Source: Mobula hypostoma (taxonomy: Eukaryota). From it: 64,000 nt of DNA. The position numbers and the translations under genes are program-made. The DNA lies in NCBI RefSeq assembly GCF_963921235.1, contig NC_086097.1, forward strand, positions 105,898,001 through 105,962,000, written 5' to 3'. Each line of letters opens with the position of its first letter. The first letter of the stretch is position 1. Under the pieces are notes generated by a model, which saw only the letters and a list, made by a program, of their open reading frames with translations, was not told the DNA's origin and ran no database searches. Below, in pieces: positions 11,495 through 24,379 of the stretch.

Positions 11495-14400
11495 TAGAAG
11501 CATAGAAATATACACACAGAAACAGAAAACCTACAGCACAATACAGGCTCTTCGGCTCACAAAGCTGTACCGAACATGCCCTTACCTTGGAACTACCTAG
11601 ACTTACCCATAGTCCTCTACTTTCCTAAGCTTCATGTATCCATCCAGGAGTCTCTTAAAAGACCCTATCGTTTCCACCTCCACCACTGCTGCCGACGGCC
11701 CAGACCACACACTCACCACTCTCTCCATGAAAAACTTACCCCGACATCTCCTCTGTACCTCCTTCCAAGCACCTTAAAACTGTGCCCTCTCATGTTAGCC
11801 ATTTCAGCCCTAGGAAAAAGCCTCTGACTATCCACATGATCAATGCCTCTCATTATTGAACTGAGCACAGTACTCCAAGTGGGGTCTGACCAGGGTCCTA
11901 TATATTACCTCTTGGCTCTTAAACTCAATCCCACGATTGATGAAGGCCAATGCACTGTATACTTTCTTAACCACAGAGTCAAACTGCATAGCAGCTTTGA
12001 GTGTCCTATGGACTCGAACCCCATGATCCCGCTGATCCTCCACACTGACAAGAGTCTGACCATTAGTACTATATTCTGCCATCATATTTGACTTACCAAA
12101 ATGAATCACCTCACACTTATCTGGTTTGAACTCCATCTGCCACTTCTCAGCCCAGTTTTGCATCCTATCAATGTCCCACTGTAACCTCTGACAGACCTCC
12201 ACACTATCCACAACAACCCCAACCTTTGTGTCATCAGCAAATTTACTAATCCATGCCTCTACTTCCTCATCCAGGTCATTTATAAAAATCACAAAGAATA
12301 GGGGTCCTAGAACAGATCCCTGAGGCACACCACTTGTCACCGGCCTCTATGCAGAATATGACCCATCCACTCTTTGCCTTTTGTGGGCAAGCCAGTTCTG
12401 GAGCCACAAAGCAATATCCCCTTGGATCCCATGCCTCCTTACTTTCTCAATAAGCCTTGCATGGGGTACCTTATCAAATGCCTTGCTGAAATCCATATAC
12501 GCTACATCTACGGCTCTACCTTCATCAATGTGTTTAGTCACATCCTCAAAAAATTCAATCAGGCTCATAAGGTACGACCTGCCTTTCACAAAGCCATGCT
12601 GACTATTCCTAATCATATTGTGCCTCTCCAAATGTTCATAAATCCTGCCTTTCAGGATCTTCTCCATCAACTTGCCAACCACTGAAGTGAGACTCACTGG
12701 CCTATAACTTCCTGAGCTATCTCTACTCACTTTCTTAAATAAGGGAACAACATCTGCAACCCTCCAATCCTCTGGAACTTGTCCCATCCTCATTGAATGC
12801 AAACATCATTGCCAGAGGTTCATCAATCTCCTCCCTTGCTTCCCACAGTAGCCTGGGTTACATCCTGTCTAGTTCTGGTGACTTATCCAACTTGATGTTT
12901 TCCAAAAGCTCCAGCATATCTACATGCTCACGCTTTTCAGTCTGCTGCAAGCCATCCCTACAATCGCCAAAATCCTTTTCTGTGGTGAATACCGAAGCAA
13001 AGTATTCATTAAGTACCTCTGCCATCTCCTCCAGTTCCATACACACTTTTCCACTGTCACACCTGATTGGTCCTATTCTCTTACATCTTATCCTTTTGCT
13101 CTTCACATACTTGCATTGGAATTTTCCTTAATCCTGTCCGCCAAGGCCTTCTCATGGCCCCTTCTGGCTCTCCTAATTTCATTCTTAAGCTCCTTCCTGC
13201 GAGCCTTATAATCTTCTAGATCTCTATCATTACCTAGTTTTTTGAACCTTTCATAAGGTTTTTGTTTCTTCTTGACTAGATTTTCAACAGCCTTTGTACA
13301 CCATAGTTCCTGTACCCTACCATCCTTCCCCTCATTAAAATATACCTGTGCAGAACTCCACGCAAATATCCCCTGGACATTTGCCACATTTCTTCTGGAC
13401 ATTTTCCGGAGAACATCTGTTCCCAATTTATGCTTCCAACTTCCTGCCTGATGGCCTCATATTCCCCCTTACTCCAATTAAACGCTTTTCTAATTTGTCT
13501 GTTCCTATCCCTCTCTAATGCGACGGTAAGGGAGAAAGAATTGTGATCACTATCTCCAAAATGCTCTTCCACTGAGAGATCTGACACCTGAGCAGGTTCA
13601 TTTCCCAACACCAGATCAAGTACAGCCTCTCCTCTTGTAGGCTTATCTACATATTGTGTCAAGAAACCTTCCTGAACACACCTACAAACTCCACCTTATC
13701 TAAACCCTTTACTCTCAGGAGATGCCAATCAATATTTGGAAAATTGAAATTTCCCACCACAACAACCGGGTTATTATTACTCCTTTCCAGAATCTGTCTT
13801 CCTATCTGCTCCTCGATGTCACTGTTACTATTAGGTGGTCTATAAAAAACACCCAGTAGAGTTATTGACCCCTTCCAATTCCTAACTTCCACTCAAGAAG
13901 ACTCCGTAGACCAGGGGTCTCCAACCTTTTTTACACTGCGGACCGGTTTAATATTGACAATATTCTTGCGGACTGGCCGACGGTGGGGGGGGTGGGGGGG
14001 GCGGTATTCAAGTAGGGTTAAACTCAGCTCAACATGTCTTTTACAGTTAGGGTTGCCAACTTTCTCACTCCCAAATAAGGGACAAAATTAGCAGTCAAAT
14101 CCCGGGACACTTTACCCCAGGTAAGACTACCATGGCCATGAAGCCTTGCGTGGGCACCTGTGTGCACATGCGTGAATTGCGCGTGTGATGAGCGCATGTG
14201 CGTACGTGCCGATTTTTTTCCCCACAAATCAGTTTTGCCTTCATCTTCCTGACTATACTATAACCACATTACCATATAACAATTACAGCACGGAAACAGG
14301 CCATCTCGGCCCTTCCAGTCGGTGCCAAACTCTTACTCTCACCTAGTCCCACCGACCTGCACTCAGCCCATAACCCTCCATTCCTTTCCTGTCCATATAT

Positions 14401-16477
14401 CTATCCAATTTAACTTTAAATACTGTACATACATTATTTCGACTTTATATGGGCTGTGTATTTATCATATCATTCCTGATTTTACTGTATGCTAGTGTCA
14501 TTTATTTTCAGTTTTATGTGTTATTTAGTATGATTTGTTAGGTTATTTTTTGGGTCTGGGAGCGCTCAAAAATTTTTCCCATAATAATTAATGGTAATTG
14601 CTTCTTCGCTTCACGCCATTTCGGCACAAAAGGTTTCATAGGAATGCTCTACCTTAGCGGGGAAATACGGGACAAACCAATTTAGCCCAATACGGGACAG
14701 TTGGCAACCCTATGTTCAAGTTCAACAGTGCATGACAAGGAATGAGGAAAGGTGCAGCTGACTCATATCGTTTCCTCACGGCCCAGAGGCACATGCTTTG
14801 CGGCCCAGTGGTTGAGGACTGCTGCCGTAGACAATCCCTCCATGACTTCCTCCTTTTCAGCAGCCATAACTCTGTCTATGATCAACAGTGCCACACCCCC
14901 ACCTCTTTTGCTTCCCGCCCTGTCCTTTCTGAAACATTTAAAGCCTGGTACTTGAAGTAGCCATTCTTGCCCCTGCACCATCCAAGTCTCTGTAATGGCC
15001 ACAACATCATAGCTCCAAGTACTGATCCACTCTCTAAGCTCATCTGCTTTGTTCATAATACTCCTCGCATTAAAATAGACATATTTCAAACCATTGGTCT
15101 GAGTGTGTCCCTTACCTATCACCTGCCTCTCCTCCCTTTTGCACTGTCTCCAAGCTTTCTCTATTTGTGAGCCAACATCCCTTTCCTCTGTCACTTCAAT
15201 TTGGTTCCCACTCCCCATCATTCTTAGTTTAAACTCTTCCCAATGGCCTTTGCAAACCTCCTGCCAGGATACTGGCCCCCCTCACATTCATGAGAAACCG
15301 GTCCTTTTTGAACAGGTCACACCTGCCCCAGAAGAGGTCCCAATAATCCAGAAATCTGAATCCAATCCCTGCTCGAATCCCTCAGCCACGCATTTATCCT
15401 CCACCTTATTCTATTCCTATACTTACTGTCACGTGGCACAGGCAATAATCCTTAGAATACTACCTTTGAGGTCATGCTTCTCAACTTCCTTCCTAACTCC
15501 CTGTAGTCTGCTTTTAGGACCTCCTCCCTTTTCCTGCCTATGTCATTGATACCAATATGTACCACAACCTCTGGCTGTTCTCCTTCCCACTTCAAGATAT
15601 TGTGGACGCGATCAGAAACATCCCGGACCCTGGCACCTGGGAGGCAAACTACCATCCGCGTTTCTTTCGTGTGTCCACAGAGTCGCCTGTCTGATCCCCT
15701 TTCTATAGAGTCCCCTATCACTACTGCCATCCTCTTCCTTTCCCTACCCTTCTGAGCCACAGGGCCAGACTCTATGCCAGAGGCGTGACCACTGTTGCTT
15801 CCCCCAGGTAGGCCGTCCCCCCAACAGTACTCAAGCAGCAGTACTTATTCTTATGGGGGACCGCCACTGAGGTACTCTCTAGCACCTGCTTCTTGCCCTT
15901 CTCTCTCCTGACTGTTATTCATTTATCTGTCTCCCCAGGCCCTGGAGTGACTACCTGCCTATAGCTCCTCTCTATCACCTCCTCACTTTTCCTGACCAAA
16001 CAAAGCTCATCGAGCTGCATCTCCGGTTCCCTAATGCGGTCCCTAAGGAGCTGCAGCTCGATGTGCTTGGTGCAGATGTGGCCGTCCGGGAGACTGGGAG
16101 TCTCCAGGACCTCCCACGTCTGACACTGAGCACAGAAAACCGGCCTCACACACATTCTTTCTGTCTGTGTTCTGAACATATAACCTACCTCGTCTTGACC
16201 CGTTGTTGCCAAAGCCCCGTTGAGCCAAAGCCTTCCAACTCTGTCTCCCACTCCTCTGGCACCCATTCTGTAAAGCTGTCTTCTTTTTAAATTCTTCCCG
16301 CTGTTCTCACTGGCCAACCTCCACGTGCTTGCGCAGTCATGCCCCATTCAAACTGCTGAAGAAGTAACTGTCACCTTTTCAGCTCTGCTCGCTTTTCAAC
16401 TCTTCCTGTTGTTCTCACTGGCCAACCTCCATGCACTTGCGCAGTTGTGCGCCATTCAAACTGCTGAAGAAATAACT
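11495..16477 (-). mobile_element. Near full-length CR1 LINE (5' UTR, ORF1 zinc-finger plus esterase, ORF2 APE-RT, tail) with internal deletions
   Basis: ORF1 CAQCQTWEV...HICTKH, AVVIGDS, HIGIND; EN YFNARSI, AITETW, YRPPNS; RT GVPQGSVLGP, KFADDTK; tail at 11495-11610. Confidence 0.93.
13912..14824. mobile_element. Non-autonomous hAT (Buster/Charlie type) composite element inserted in the CR1 endonuclease region
   Basis: 8-bp TSD CCGTAGAC at 13904-13911 and 14825-14832 (NNNTANNN). TIRs CAGGGGTCTCCAACC and GGTTGAGGACTGCTG. Internal TAGGGTTGCCAAC...GTTGGCAACCCTA module at 14048-14712 and a CR1 tail at about 14260-14420. Confidence 0.9.
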
Positions 16478-16479
16478 TA

Positions 16480-16843
16480 ATTTACCTTAATCCTGTCCAC
16501 CAAGGCCTTCTCATTGCCCCTGCTGGCTCTCCTAATTTCATTCTTAAACTCCTTCCTGCTGGCTTTATAATCTTCTAGATTTGCATCATTACCTAGTTTT
16601 TTGAACCTTTCATAAGCTTTTCTTTTCTTCTTGACTAGATTTACAACAGTCTTTGTACACCACAGTCCTGTACCTGTACCTATACCCTACCAGCCTTTCA
16701 CTATCTCCTATGTACCTGTGCAGAACTCCACACAAATATCCCCTGAACATTTGCTACATCTCTGCTGTAGATTTCCCTGAAAACAACTGCTTTCAATTTA
16801 TGCTTCCAAGTTCCTGACTGATAGCCTCATATTTCCCCTTACT
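16480..16843 (-). mobile_element. Internal CR1 ORF2 linker fragment, paralogous to 13125-13472
   Basis: Direct similarity from TTAATCCTGTCC.CCAAGGCCTTCTCAT to GCCTCATATT.CCCCTTACT. Confidence 0.85.
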
Positions 16844-17085
16844 TTGTCTGAACAACTGAACTTCTTGAATATGTCTGCATGCTTTATGCATTGAGTTACT
16901 GCAATATGATTGGCTGATTAGATATTTGCATTATTGAGCAGGTGTACCTAATGCAGTGGCCACTGAGTGTAAATACCTAAGATTATTTAGATAGATGGAC
17001 TGTAAACACAAAATACTCTGCAGATGCTGGGGTCAAAGCAACACTGGAGGAACTCAGCAGGTCGGGCAGAATCCGTGGAAATGAT

Positions 17086-17123
17086 CAGTCAACGTTTTGG
17101 GCCGGAACCCTTCGTCAGGACCG
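17086..17123 (-). ncRNA. Hammerhead motif in the 3' pLTR, core mutated (GAAA to AAAA)
   Basis: CGGTC-CTGACGA-A-GGGT(TCCG)GCCC-AAAAC-GTT-GACTG. Confidence 0.65.
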
Positions 17124-20100
17124 TAGCGGGAAGGGGCAGAGGCCCTATAAAGAAGGTGGGGGGAGGGTGAGAAGGAGAAGGCTGGTAGGTTCCAGGTGAA
17201 AAACCAGTAAGGGGAAAGATAAAGGGGTGGGGGACGGGAAGCAGGGAGGTGACAGGTAGGAAAGGTGAAGAAGGAATAGGGGAAAGCACCATGGGTAGTA
17301 GAAGGAGGTGTAACCATGAGGGAGGCAGTAGGCAGCTAGGGGAGGGGGCAGAGTGAAACTGGGATAGGGGAAGGGATGGGGGGGAATTACTGGAAGTTGG
17401 AGAATTCACTGTTCATACCAAGGGGCTGGAGGCTACTTACACAGTATATGAGGTGTTGCTCCTCCAACCTGAGTTTAGCCTCATCATGGCAGTAGAGGAA
17501 GCCATGTATGGACATATCCAAATGGGAATGTGAAGCAGAGTTGAAGTGGATGGCAACCGGAAGATGCTATCTGTTGTGGCAGACGGAGCGGAGGCGCTCG
17601 ACGAAGCAGTCCCCCAATCTGCGTCGGGTTTCACCAATGTAGAGGAAGCCGCACTGGGAGCACCGGATGCAATAGGTCACCTGGAAGGACTGTTCGAGGC
17701 CCTGAATTTTGGCAAGAGAGGAGGTGTAGGGACAGGTGTAGCACTTAGGCTTACAGGGATAAGTGCCGGGTGGGAGATCCGTGGAGAGGGACATGTGGAC
17801 CAGGGAGTCGTGGAGGGATGATCCCTGCAGAAAGCAGAGAGGGGTGGAGAGGGAAAGATGTGCTTAGTGGCGGGGTCCTGTTGAAGTTGGCGGAAGTTAT
17901 GGAGGATAATGTATGGATCTGGAGGCTGGTGGGGTGGTAGGTGAGGACAAGGGGAACTCTGTCCCTGTTGTGGTGGCAGAAGGATGGGGTGAGGGCTGAA
18001 GTGCGGGAAATGGAGGAGATGCGAGTGAGGGCATCATTGATGATGGCAGAAGGGAAACCATGATCCTTAAAGAAAGAGGACATTTGAGATGTCCTGGAAC
18101 GGAAAGCCTCATCCTGGGAGCAGATGCGGTGGAGACGGAGGGACTGGGAACAGAGAATGGCATTTTTGCATGTAGTAGGGTGGGAAAAGGTAGTTATGAG
18201 AGTCAGTGGGCTTGTAGAAGATGTCAGTGGGCAATCTGTCTCCAGAGATGGAGATCGAGAGATTGAGAAAGGGGAGAGAAGTGTCCGAGATAGACCAAGT
18301 GAATTTGAGGGCTGGGTGGAAGTTTGAAGTAAAGTCGATGAAATTGACGAGCTCAGCATGGGTGCAGGAAGCAGCACCAATGTAGTCATCAATGTAGCGA
18401 AGGAAAAGTTGGGGAGCAGTACCAGTATAGGTGTGGAGCACAGACTGTTCCACATGGCCAACGAAGAGGCAGGCATAGCTGGGGCCCATGCAAGTGCCCA
18501 TAGCTACACCCTTGGTCTGAAGAAAGTGGGAAGAACCAAAAAAAGAAGTTATTGAGTGTGAGAACCAGTTCCACCAACCGGAGGAGGGTGGTGGTAGTGC
18601 AGAACTGTTGAGGTCTATTGTCCAAAAAGTAGCAGAGGGCTTTGAGGCCTTCTTGATGGGGAATGGAGGTGTATAAGGATTGGATATCAATAGTGAAAAT
18701 GAAGCAGTCGGGACCGGGGAACTGGAAGTTATTGAAGAGGTGGAGGGCATGGGAAGTATCCCGGATGTAGGTGGGGAGGGACTGAACTATGGGTGACAAA
18801 ATGGAGTCCAGGTAGGCAGATACAAGTTCGGTGGGGCAGGAGCAGGCAGAAACTATTGGTCTACCGGGAGAGTCAGGCTTGTGGATTTTGGGGAGGAGGT
18901 AAAACTGAGCAGTACAGGGCATGGGAATTATGAGTTTAGTGGTTGAGGATGGAAGGCCTCCGGAGTTGATAAGGGTGGTGATAGTACAGGACACAATGGC
19001 TTGATGTTTTTTGGTGGGATCCTGTTCCAGGGGTAAGTAAGAGGAGGTGTCAGAGAGCTGCCGTTTGGCCTCAGTGAGGTAGAGGTCCGTTTGCCAGACT
19101 ACTACGGCACTGCGGGTTTGATGGTAAGGTTGGGATTAGTGTGGAGAGAGTGGAGGGCAGTGCGTTCAGAGGGAGTGAAGTTGGAGAGAGGAGTGGTGAA
19201 GTTGAGATGGTTGATGTCTCGGCGACAGTTGGAGATGGAAAGATCGAGTGCAGGTAGAAGGCCCGGGTGGGGTGTCCAGGAGGAGGAGGAGGAGGGTTGG
19301 ATGGGAGAAGGGGTCCTCAGTAAGGGGAGGGGAATCGTTGCCAAAGAAGTAGGCTCGGAGACGTAGGCGATGGAAGAAGAGTTCAGAGTCATAGCAGGCA
19401 CGGAACTCACTGAGGTGTGGACGGAGGGGGACAAAAGCGAGGCCCTTGCTAAGGACAGAACATTCTGCCTCAGAGAGGGGAAGGTCAGAGAGGATGGTGA
19501 AGACACGGCAAGGATTGGGGCTGGGGTCAGGGGAGGGTGAAGAGTAGGAGGTCTCAGGAGGGAGACGGGGTTGGGATATTCAGGGAGAGTGGGGTTAGGG
19601 GATGATGAGGGATCAGAGGAATGGGGGGAGTTGAGGGGTAGGGGGAAGGTTGGGAGTCATGGGGAGGAAAGAGGGTAGTGGAGGAATAAGACGAGCGGTA
19701 GGACCCAGCGGCAGTAAGAGTAGTCCCGGTCTGGAGAGGGTCGAGACCTTGGTCTGAGTTGGATCTGGAGCTGGGGGTGGCGGAGCCTGTAGCCTGCAGG
19801 GCACCAGAACTGATGTCCGAGTTGGAGGTGAGTGAGTCCATGGCCCGCCGGGGGCTGGGCCCCATGTCCGGGAGGCCGTGGTTCGAGTCGGGGTCAGAGT
19901 CAGAGGCGGATGGGTCTTCGACCTGCCGAAGGCCTGAGAAGTCGAGGTCCGAGGAGTCGGGGTCCGGGCTGGAGCTGGTCGTCATCGTGGCCTCCAGACG
20001 AGCGAGCTTGTGGTCCTTCTTGGATGCGAGGAAGGAGAAGAAATGGCGGTTGGAGGCATGAATCTGGCGGAGAATGAAGTGTAGGAGAGGTCCATGGCAG

Positions 20101-20590
20101 ACGGTGGAGAGCAAGGCCCGGAGTGGTGGTAGAGTGAGGGACAGGGACTAGGTATCTCCGCATGGCAGTGAGCATGGCGCAGAGAATCCAGTGGGAGCAG
20201 CGGAGGGAGCAGCGGTCAATGAAACGGAAGTACCTGGGATCCTCGCTAGGCCTGAACTGGGAGGCCTGGAACTGGAGCTGGAATCCCTGCGGTACAGGAT
20301 GGCGGTGGAGACATGTTCCCAGGAAGGAGACGTGGCTATGGTAGTGGGTCTGCTTCAGGATGTGGTCGAAGAGTAAGAGAGAGGCGGAGATCACAGAGGG
20401 GAAACAGTGAGACAGGGTCTCACCGAACTCCTGTCAAAGGGAAGATTTAAACTTCTTCAGGGTAGGCATACCTCAAAGAGACTTCGCAGCGGATCGTAAA
20501 CACAAAATACTCTGCAGACGCTGGGGTCAAAGCAACACTCACAACATGCTGGAGGAACTCAGCAGGTCGGGCAGCATCCGTGGAAATGAT

Positions 20591-20628
20591 CAGTCAATGT
20601 TTTGGGCCGGAACCCTTCGTCAGGACTG
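20591..20628 (-). ncRNA. Hammerhead motif in the 5' pLTR, core mutated
   Basis: CAGTC-CTGACGA-A-GGGT(TCCG)GCCC-AAAAC-ATT-GACTG. Confidence 0.65.
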
Positions 20629-21500
20629 AAGAGGGAAGGGGCAGAGACCCTATAAAGAAGGTGGGGGAGGGTGGGAAGGTGAAGGCTGGTAGGTTCCAGG
20701 TGAAAAACCAGTAAGGGGAAAGATAAAGGGGTGGGGGAGGGGAAACAGGGAGGGGATAGGCAGGAAAGTTAGGGGAAAGCACAGTGGATAGTAGAAGGAG
20801 GCGGAACCATGAGGGAGGTAGTAGGCAGCTGGGGGAGGGGACAGAGTGAAACTGGGACAGGGGAAGGGAGGAGGAAGGAATTACTGAAAGTTGGAGAATT
20901 CAATGTTACCGGAAGTTGGAGAATTCAATGTTACTGGAAGTTGGAGAATCATACATGGGCTGGTTGTATGCGCATAAAATGATGCTATATTTAAGAGTAT
21001 CTGTATGTAAGGTGACTCTGACAGGAAATTATAAAGTAGTGTGGGATGTAATGGGTGGAGGTGTTGATCAGCCCAAAAACTTGGAGAAAGTAACTGTTTT
21101 TGAGTCTGGTCATCCTGGTATCTTCGATACATTTTGTGGAATGTTTGCAGTGCCACTAATGGTCTGTTGGTGGTGCTGCTGACTTGTGAAAAATACTGCG
21201 TGGCCCACAACCATAACAGCAATCATCATGTGGCAAGTGGACTTAAAAAAGGTTATAACCAAAGTCACTGGTTTGCAATTTTCCACAAAAATAAAACTGT
21301 AGTCAAGCATAATAGTATGAACGTAAGTGGCTGGATGGTGGTTGGTGTGGACTCCGTAGGCTGAAAGGCCTGTTTCCTTGTTGTGTTTCTTTATGACTAG
21401 TAGGATTTGCTGGATCTCAATGGATTGAATGGCCAATAATGACCACAATAATCACACAAAATCCTCCAACACTGAAATCAAAATGAAATTTGGCATTTCA

Positions 21501-21780
21501 TAAACACAAAGGATTCTACAGATGCTGGAAATCTTAAGCAACACACATCACACGAAGTGTTCAAGAGACTCCACAAGTCAGGCAGCATCTAGGGAGGGGA
21601 ATAAACACAGCTGACATTCTGGGCCAAGACCCTTCATCAGGAATGGAAAGAAAAGAACATTCTGAGCCAAGCTTCTGCTTCATTCTTTTCCAATCCTGCC
21701 TGGAAAGGTCCATGGATGCTGCCTTACTAATTGAGCTTCTCCAGCATTTTTGTGCATGTGGCTTGAAATTCCACATTTGA
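21501..21780. mobile_element. Fold-back Penelope pLTR remnant
   Basis: Minus-orientation pLTR with a degenerate hammerhead (TTCATCAG at about 21633) followed by plus-orientation GATGCTGCC...CTCCAGCATTTT. Confidence 0.65.
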
Positions 21781-22629
21781 AACACACATGTCAAGGAAAA
21801 TAGATGAAGAATGTCAAAAAAGAAGATAGTCATGTGTAAAGATGAAAAATGGAATTACAAAACTTTTACAGTACAGAAGGCCATTCAGTCCATTGAGATG
21901 ATCCTCGATCCAGCAAATCCCACTAGACATAAAGAAGCACAACAAGGAAACAGGCCTTTCAGCCTAAAGAGTCGACACCAACCACCATCCAGCCATTTAC
22001 GTTCATGCTACGTCAATCCCAAATGTTATTCTCCCCACATTTTCAATAAGTCCCCTCAGTGTACATTAGGAGCAATACACAAGAAACGTACCCACTTGCA
22101 AGTGTCTAAGGAAACTAGAGCCCCAGGAGTGACAGGGAGAACTTCAAGCAGACAATACTGGAAGCCAGAATTGAACCCAGTCTCTGTTTCTGTGAGGGAA
22201 GCTGCTCTCTTAGCTGCACAACTGTGTTTGCTCTTTGGTCCTTTTCTGCTGCCCTGCAAATCCTTGACCTTCAGAAACATGGTTTTGTTCATCTTTGAGT
22301 GCAATGTTTGAATCTCCTTCCAACACACTTCCAGGCATTAAACTCCTGACGGTGACAAGTTGATAGGTAACATTTCTCATCGTGTCATGTACAAACCAAA
22401 AAGTAACAGAAATCACAGTGGCTCCTTCAACTTATCCCAGCACTGAATACCTGGTCCCCATGTTTCCTGGTTTCCTTAGTGGCCATAAGCCAGTGATTGT
22501 CATCACTGGATATGATTCTGACTGAGTACCTAGTTTTGTACAGCTATTAAAACAAAAGCTTCATGCCATCTTAAAAATTTTTTCTCTAGGCAGTTAATCT
22601 GATCAATCATTCTAGTTAGTCCCCCTCCC

Positions 22630-22950
22630 CATTCTGTTACGTCAGTCACCACGCTGCACTGTAAACTCCCTAAACTATTGTTTATAACGCTCTTTACATT
22701 GTAAATGTACCCCCCCCATCTAATATGTCAATTACTGCACTGTAAATTCCCTAAACTATTGTTTATAATGCTCTTTACATTGTAAATGTACCCCCCCATC
22801 TAATACATCAGTCACTGCTTTGTAAACTCCCTAAACCATTGTTTATAATACTGTTTACATTGCAAATGTACCCCCCTATCTAATACGTCAGTCACTGCAC
22901 TGTAATCTCCCTAAACCACTGTTTATAATGCTGTTTACATTGTAAATGTA
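22630..22950. repeat. 80-bp minisatellite, about 4 copies
   Basis: TAATA(C/T)(G/A)TCA recurs at 22721, 22801 and 22881; unit contains CTGCACTGTAAACTCCCTAAAC...TTTACATTGTAAATGTACCCCCC. Confidence 0.95.
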
Positions 22951-24379
22951 AGCTGGTATTCATGCTCGTATTATTTCATATCTGTACTTTCACTTCTAAC
23001 TTTGTTTATGTCATGGTTCCATTTGGCAGTTCCCCTTTAATGCTTCTTTCTCCCTGATTATGCCCTATTTTCAATCATTAGATTTCCAATTGCTGCTAGT
23101 TTACCTAATTACAGTACACCTGGTTTTCATCTCTTTCTTAGGTTGCCAGTTTGTTGGTTTAGTCTCATGTGATACCTCGTTCTCTTGTCCGCTTAGAACC
23201 ATTAGTTCTAAGTTTAGTTCCAAGTTCTGCTCTAGTTTCAAGATAGTCCCTGTAGATCCCATCTCCTTGTCAAGATTCCTCCGGTTTGCTGTTGTTCGTT
23301 CACTTCTACGCCAGCATCCCCAACTCAGTTGACGTGTTGGTGTCCTGCACTTGGGTTTTCCTCAGTCATCTCGTGCAACAGTTTATAAGCAATTCTTTAT
23401 TCTTTACAACCCGTAAGTTACTACAGAAGTACTGTGGAGAGCATTCTAACTCACAGTATGTGGGGGCAGGGGCACTGCAAAGGATTGAAATAAGCTGAAG
23501 AAAGTTGTAAACTCAGTCAACACCATCATGGGCACTAGCCCTCTCACCTGAGTACCCTTTATCCTGTGAGCCTGCCCTCATTTCTAGATTCTCTACCCTA
23601 AAAAAGGAGTATCACCTGTTACTCCTCTCATTTTCCTATATTCCAAATTATATAGAACAATCTCTGCTCATCCCGGACTGAGAAAAGGAGTAAAAGCCAT
23701 AGAGACTTAGGCATACAAGGTTCCAGGAGTGATCATCAATCAGAATCAGAATTATCATCACCGACATATGTTGTGAAATTAGTTGTTTTGTGTTAGCAGC
23801 ACGCACAGTGCAATAAATAAAATAAACTATAAATTATAATAAGAAATAAGAACGTATTTTTAAAAAGCTATGTTCAATTGCCGTAAGGCTCTCTTACCGT
23901 TGTACTTCAGCCCACTTACAGGGAAGTCACCATCCTCTGAATTGCTTTATTTGGTGTTTGCTTTCTGTGTTTTATAAGCTTCTGCTCACCCACAATTACT
24001 AGCTTTTCTGTTCTCCATTTTCATGAAGGGGGCTGTTTACCTGGCTATACTCCAATTACTGCCATCATCTCTCCACACACATCATCTCTCCACATCTCTC
24101 TGCAGGCTGCTCTCCCTCCCATTCTTCCCCACAACTAATCTAACCTCCCCTTTTCCACCCCCACCTTAAAAAGTAGTTCAAAATGAACTAGAGATGCTGG
24201 AGATCCAAAATAAAAACAGAAGATGTTGGAAATACCCAGCTAGTTTGTTTACGTGTGTAGAAAGAAAAACGGGGCTAATATTTCAGGTAATAAGCCCTTA
24301 AGTGCAAAAAAAATTGTTCTGAGTTAATTAAACTAGTAATTAAAAGCCTGACAAAATGAATCCCTTGTGCCTACTCAAA

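Larger units (their letters stand above)
11101..16969 (-). mobile_element. Non-autonomous Tc1-like DNA transposon split in two (11101-about 11494 and about 16843-16969) by nested insertions
   Basis: TA-flanked imperfect TIRs (TA|CACTCAATG... and ...GTGGCCACTGAGTG|TA). Minus strand encodes the Tc1 HTH-like peptide SDFDCGMFVGARWGGLSISETADLLGFS. Confidence 0.8.
17002..20949 (-). mobile_element. Full-length Penelope-like element (Neptune-type) with direct pseudo-LTRs; ORF disrupted
   Basis: Direct repeats 17002-about 17410 and 20496-about 20905. RT motifs FYLLPKIHKP, GRPIVS, DIQSLYTSIP, GVAMG, LRYIDD, FYKPTDSH; Cys linker PCKPKCYTC; GIY-YIG VTYCIRCSQCGFLYIGET. Confidence 0.93.

Noticed and set aside
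14048..14712. Independent Blackjack-like insertion at this locus
   Set aside because: Flanks TTTACAGT and TGTTCAAG are not a TSD, so it is treated as part of the composite element.
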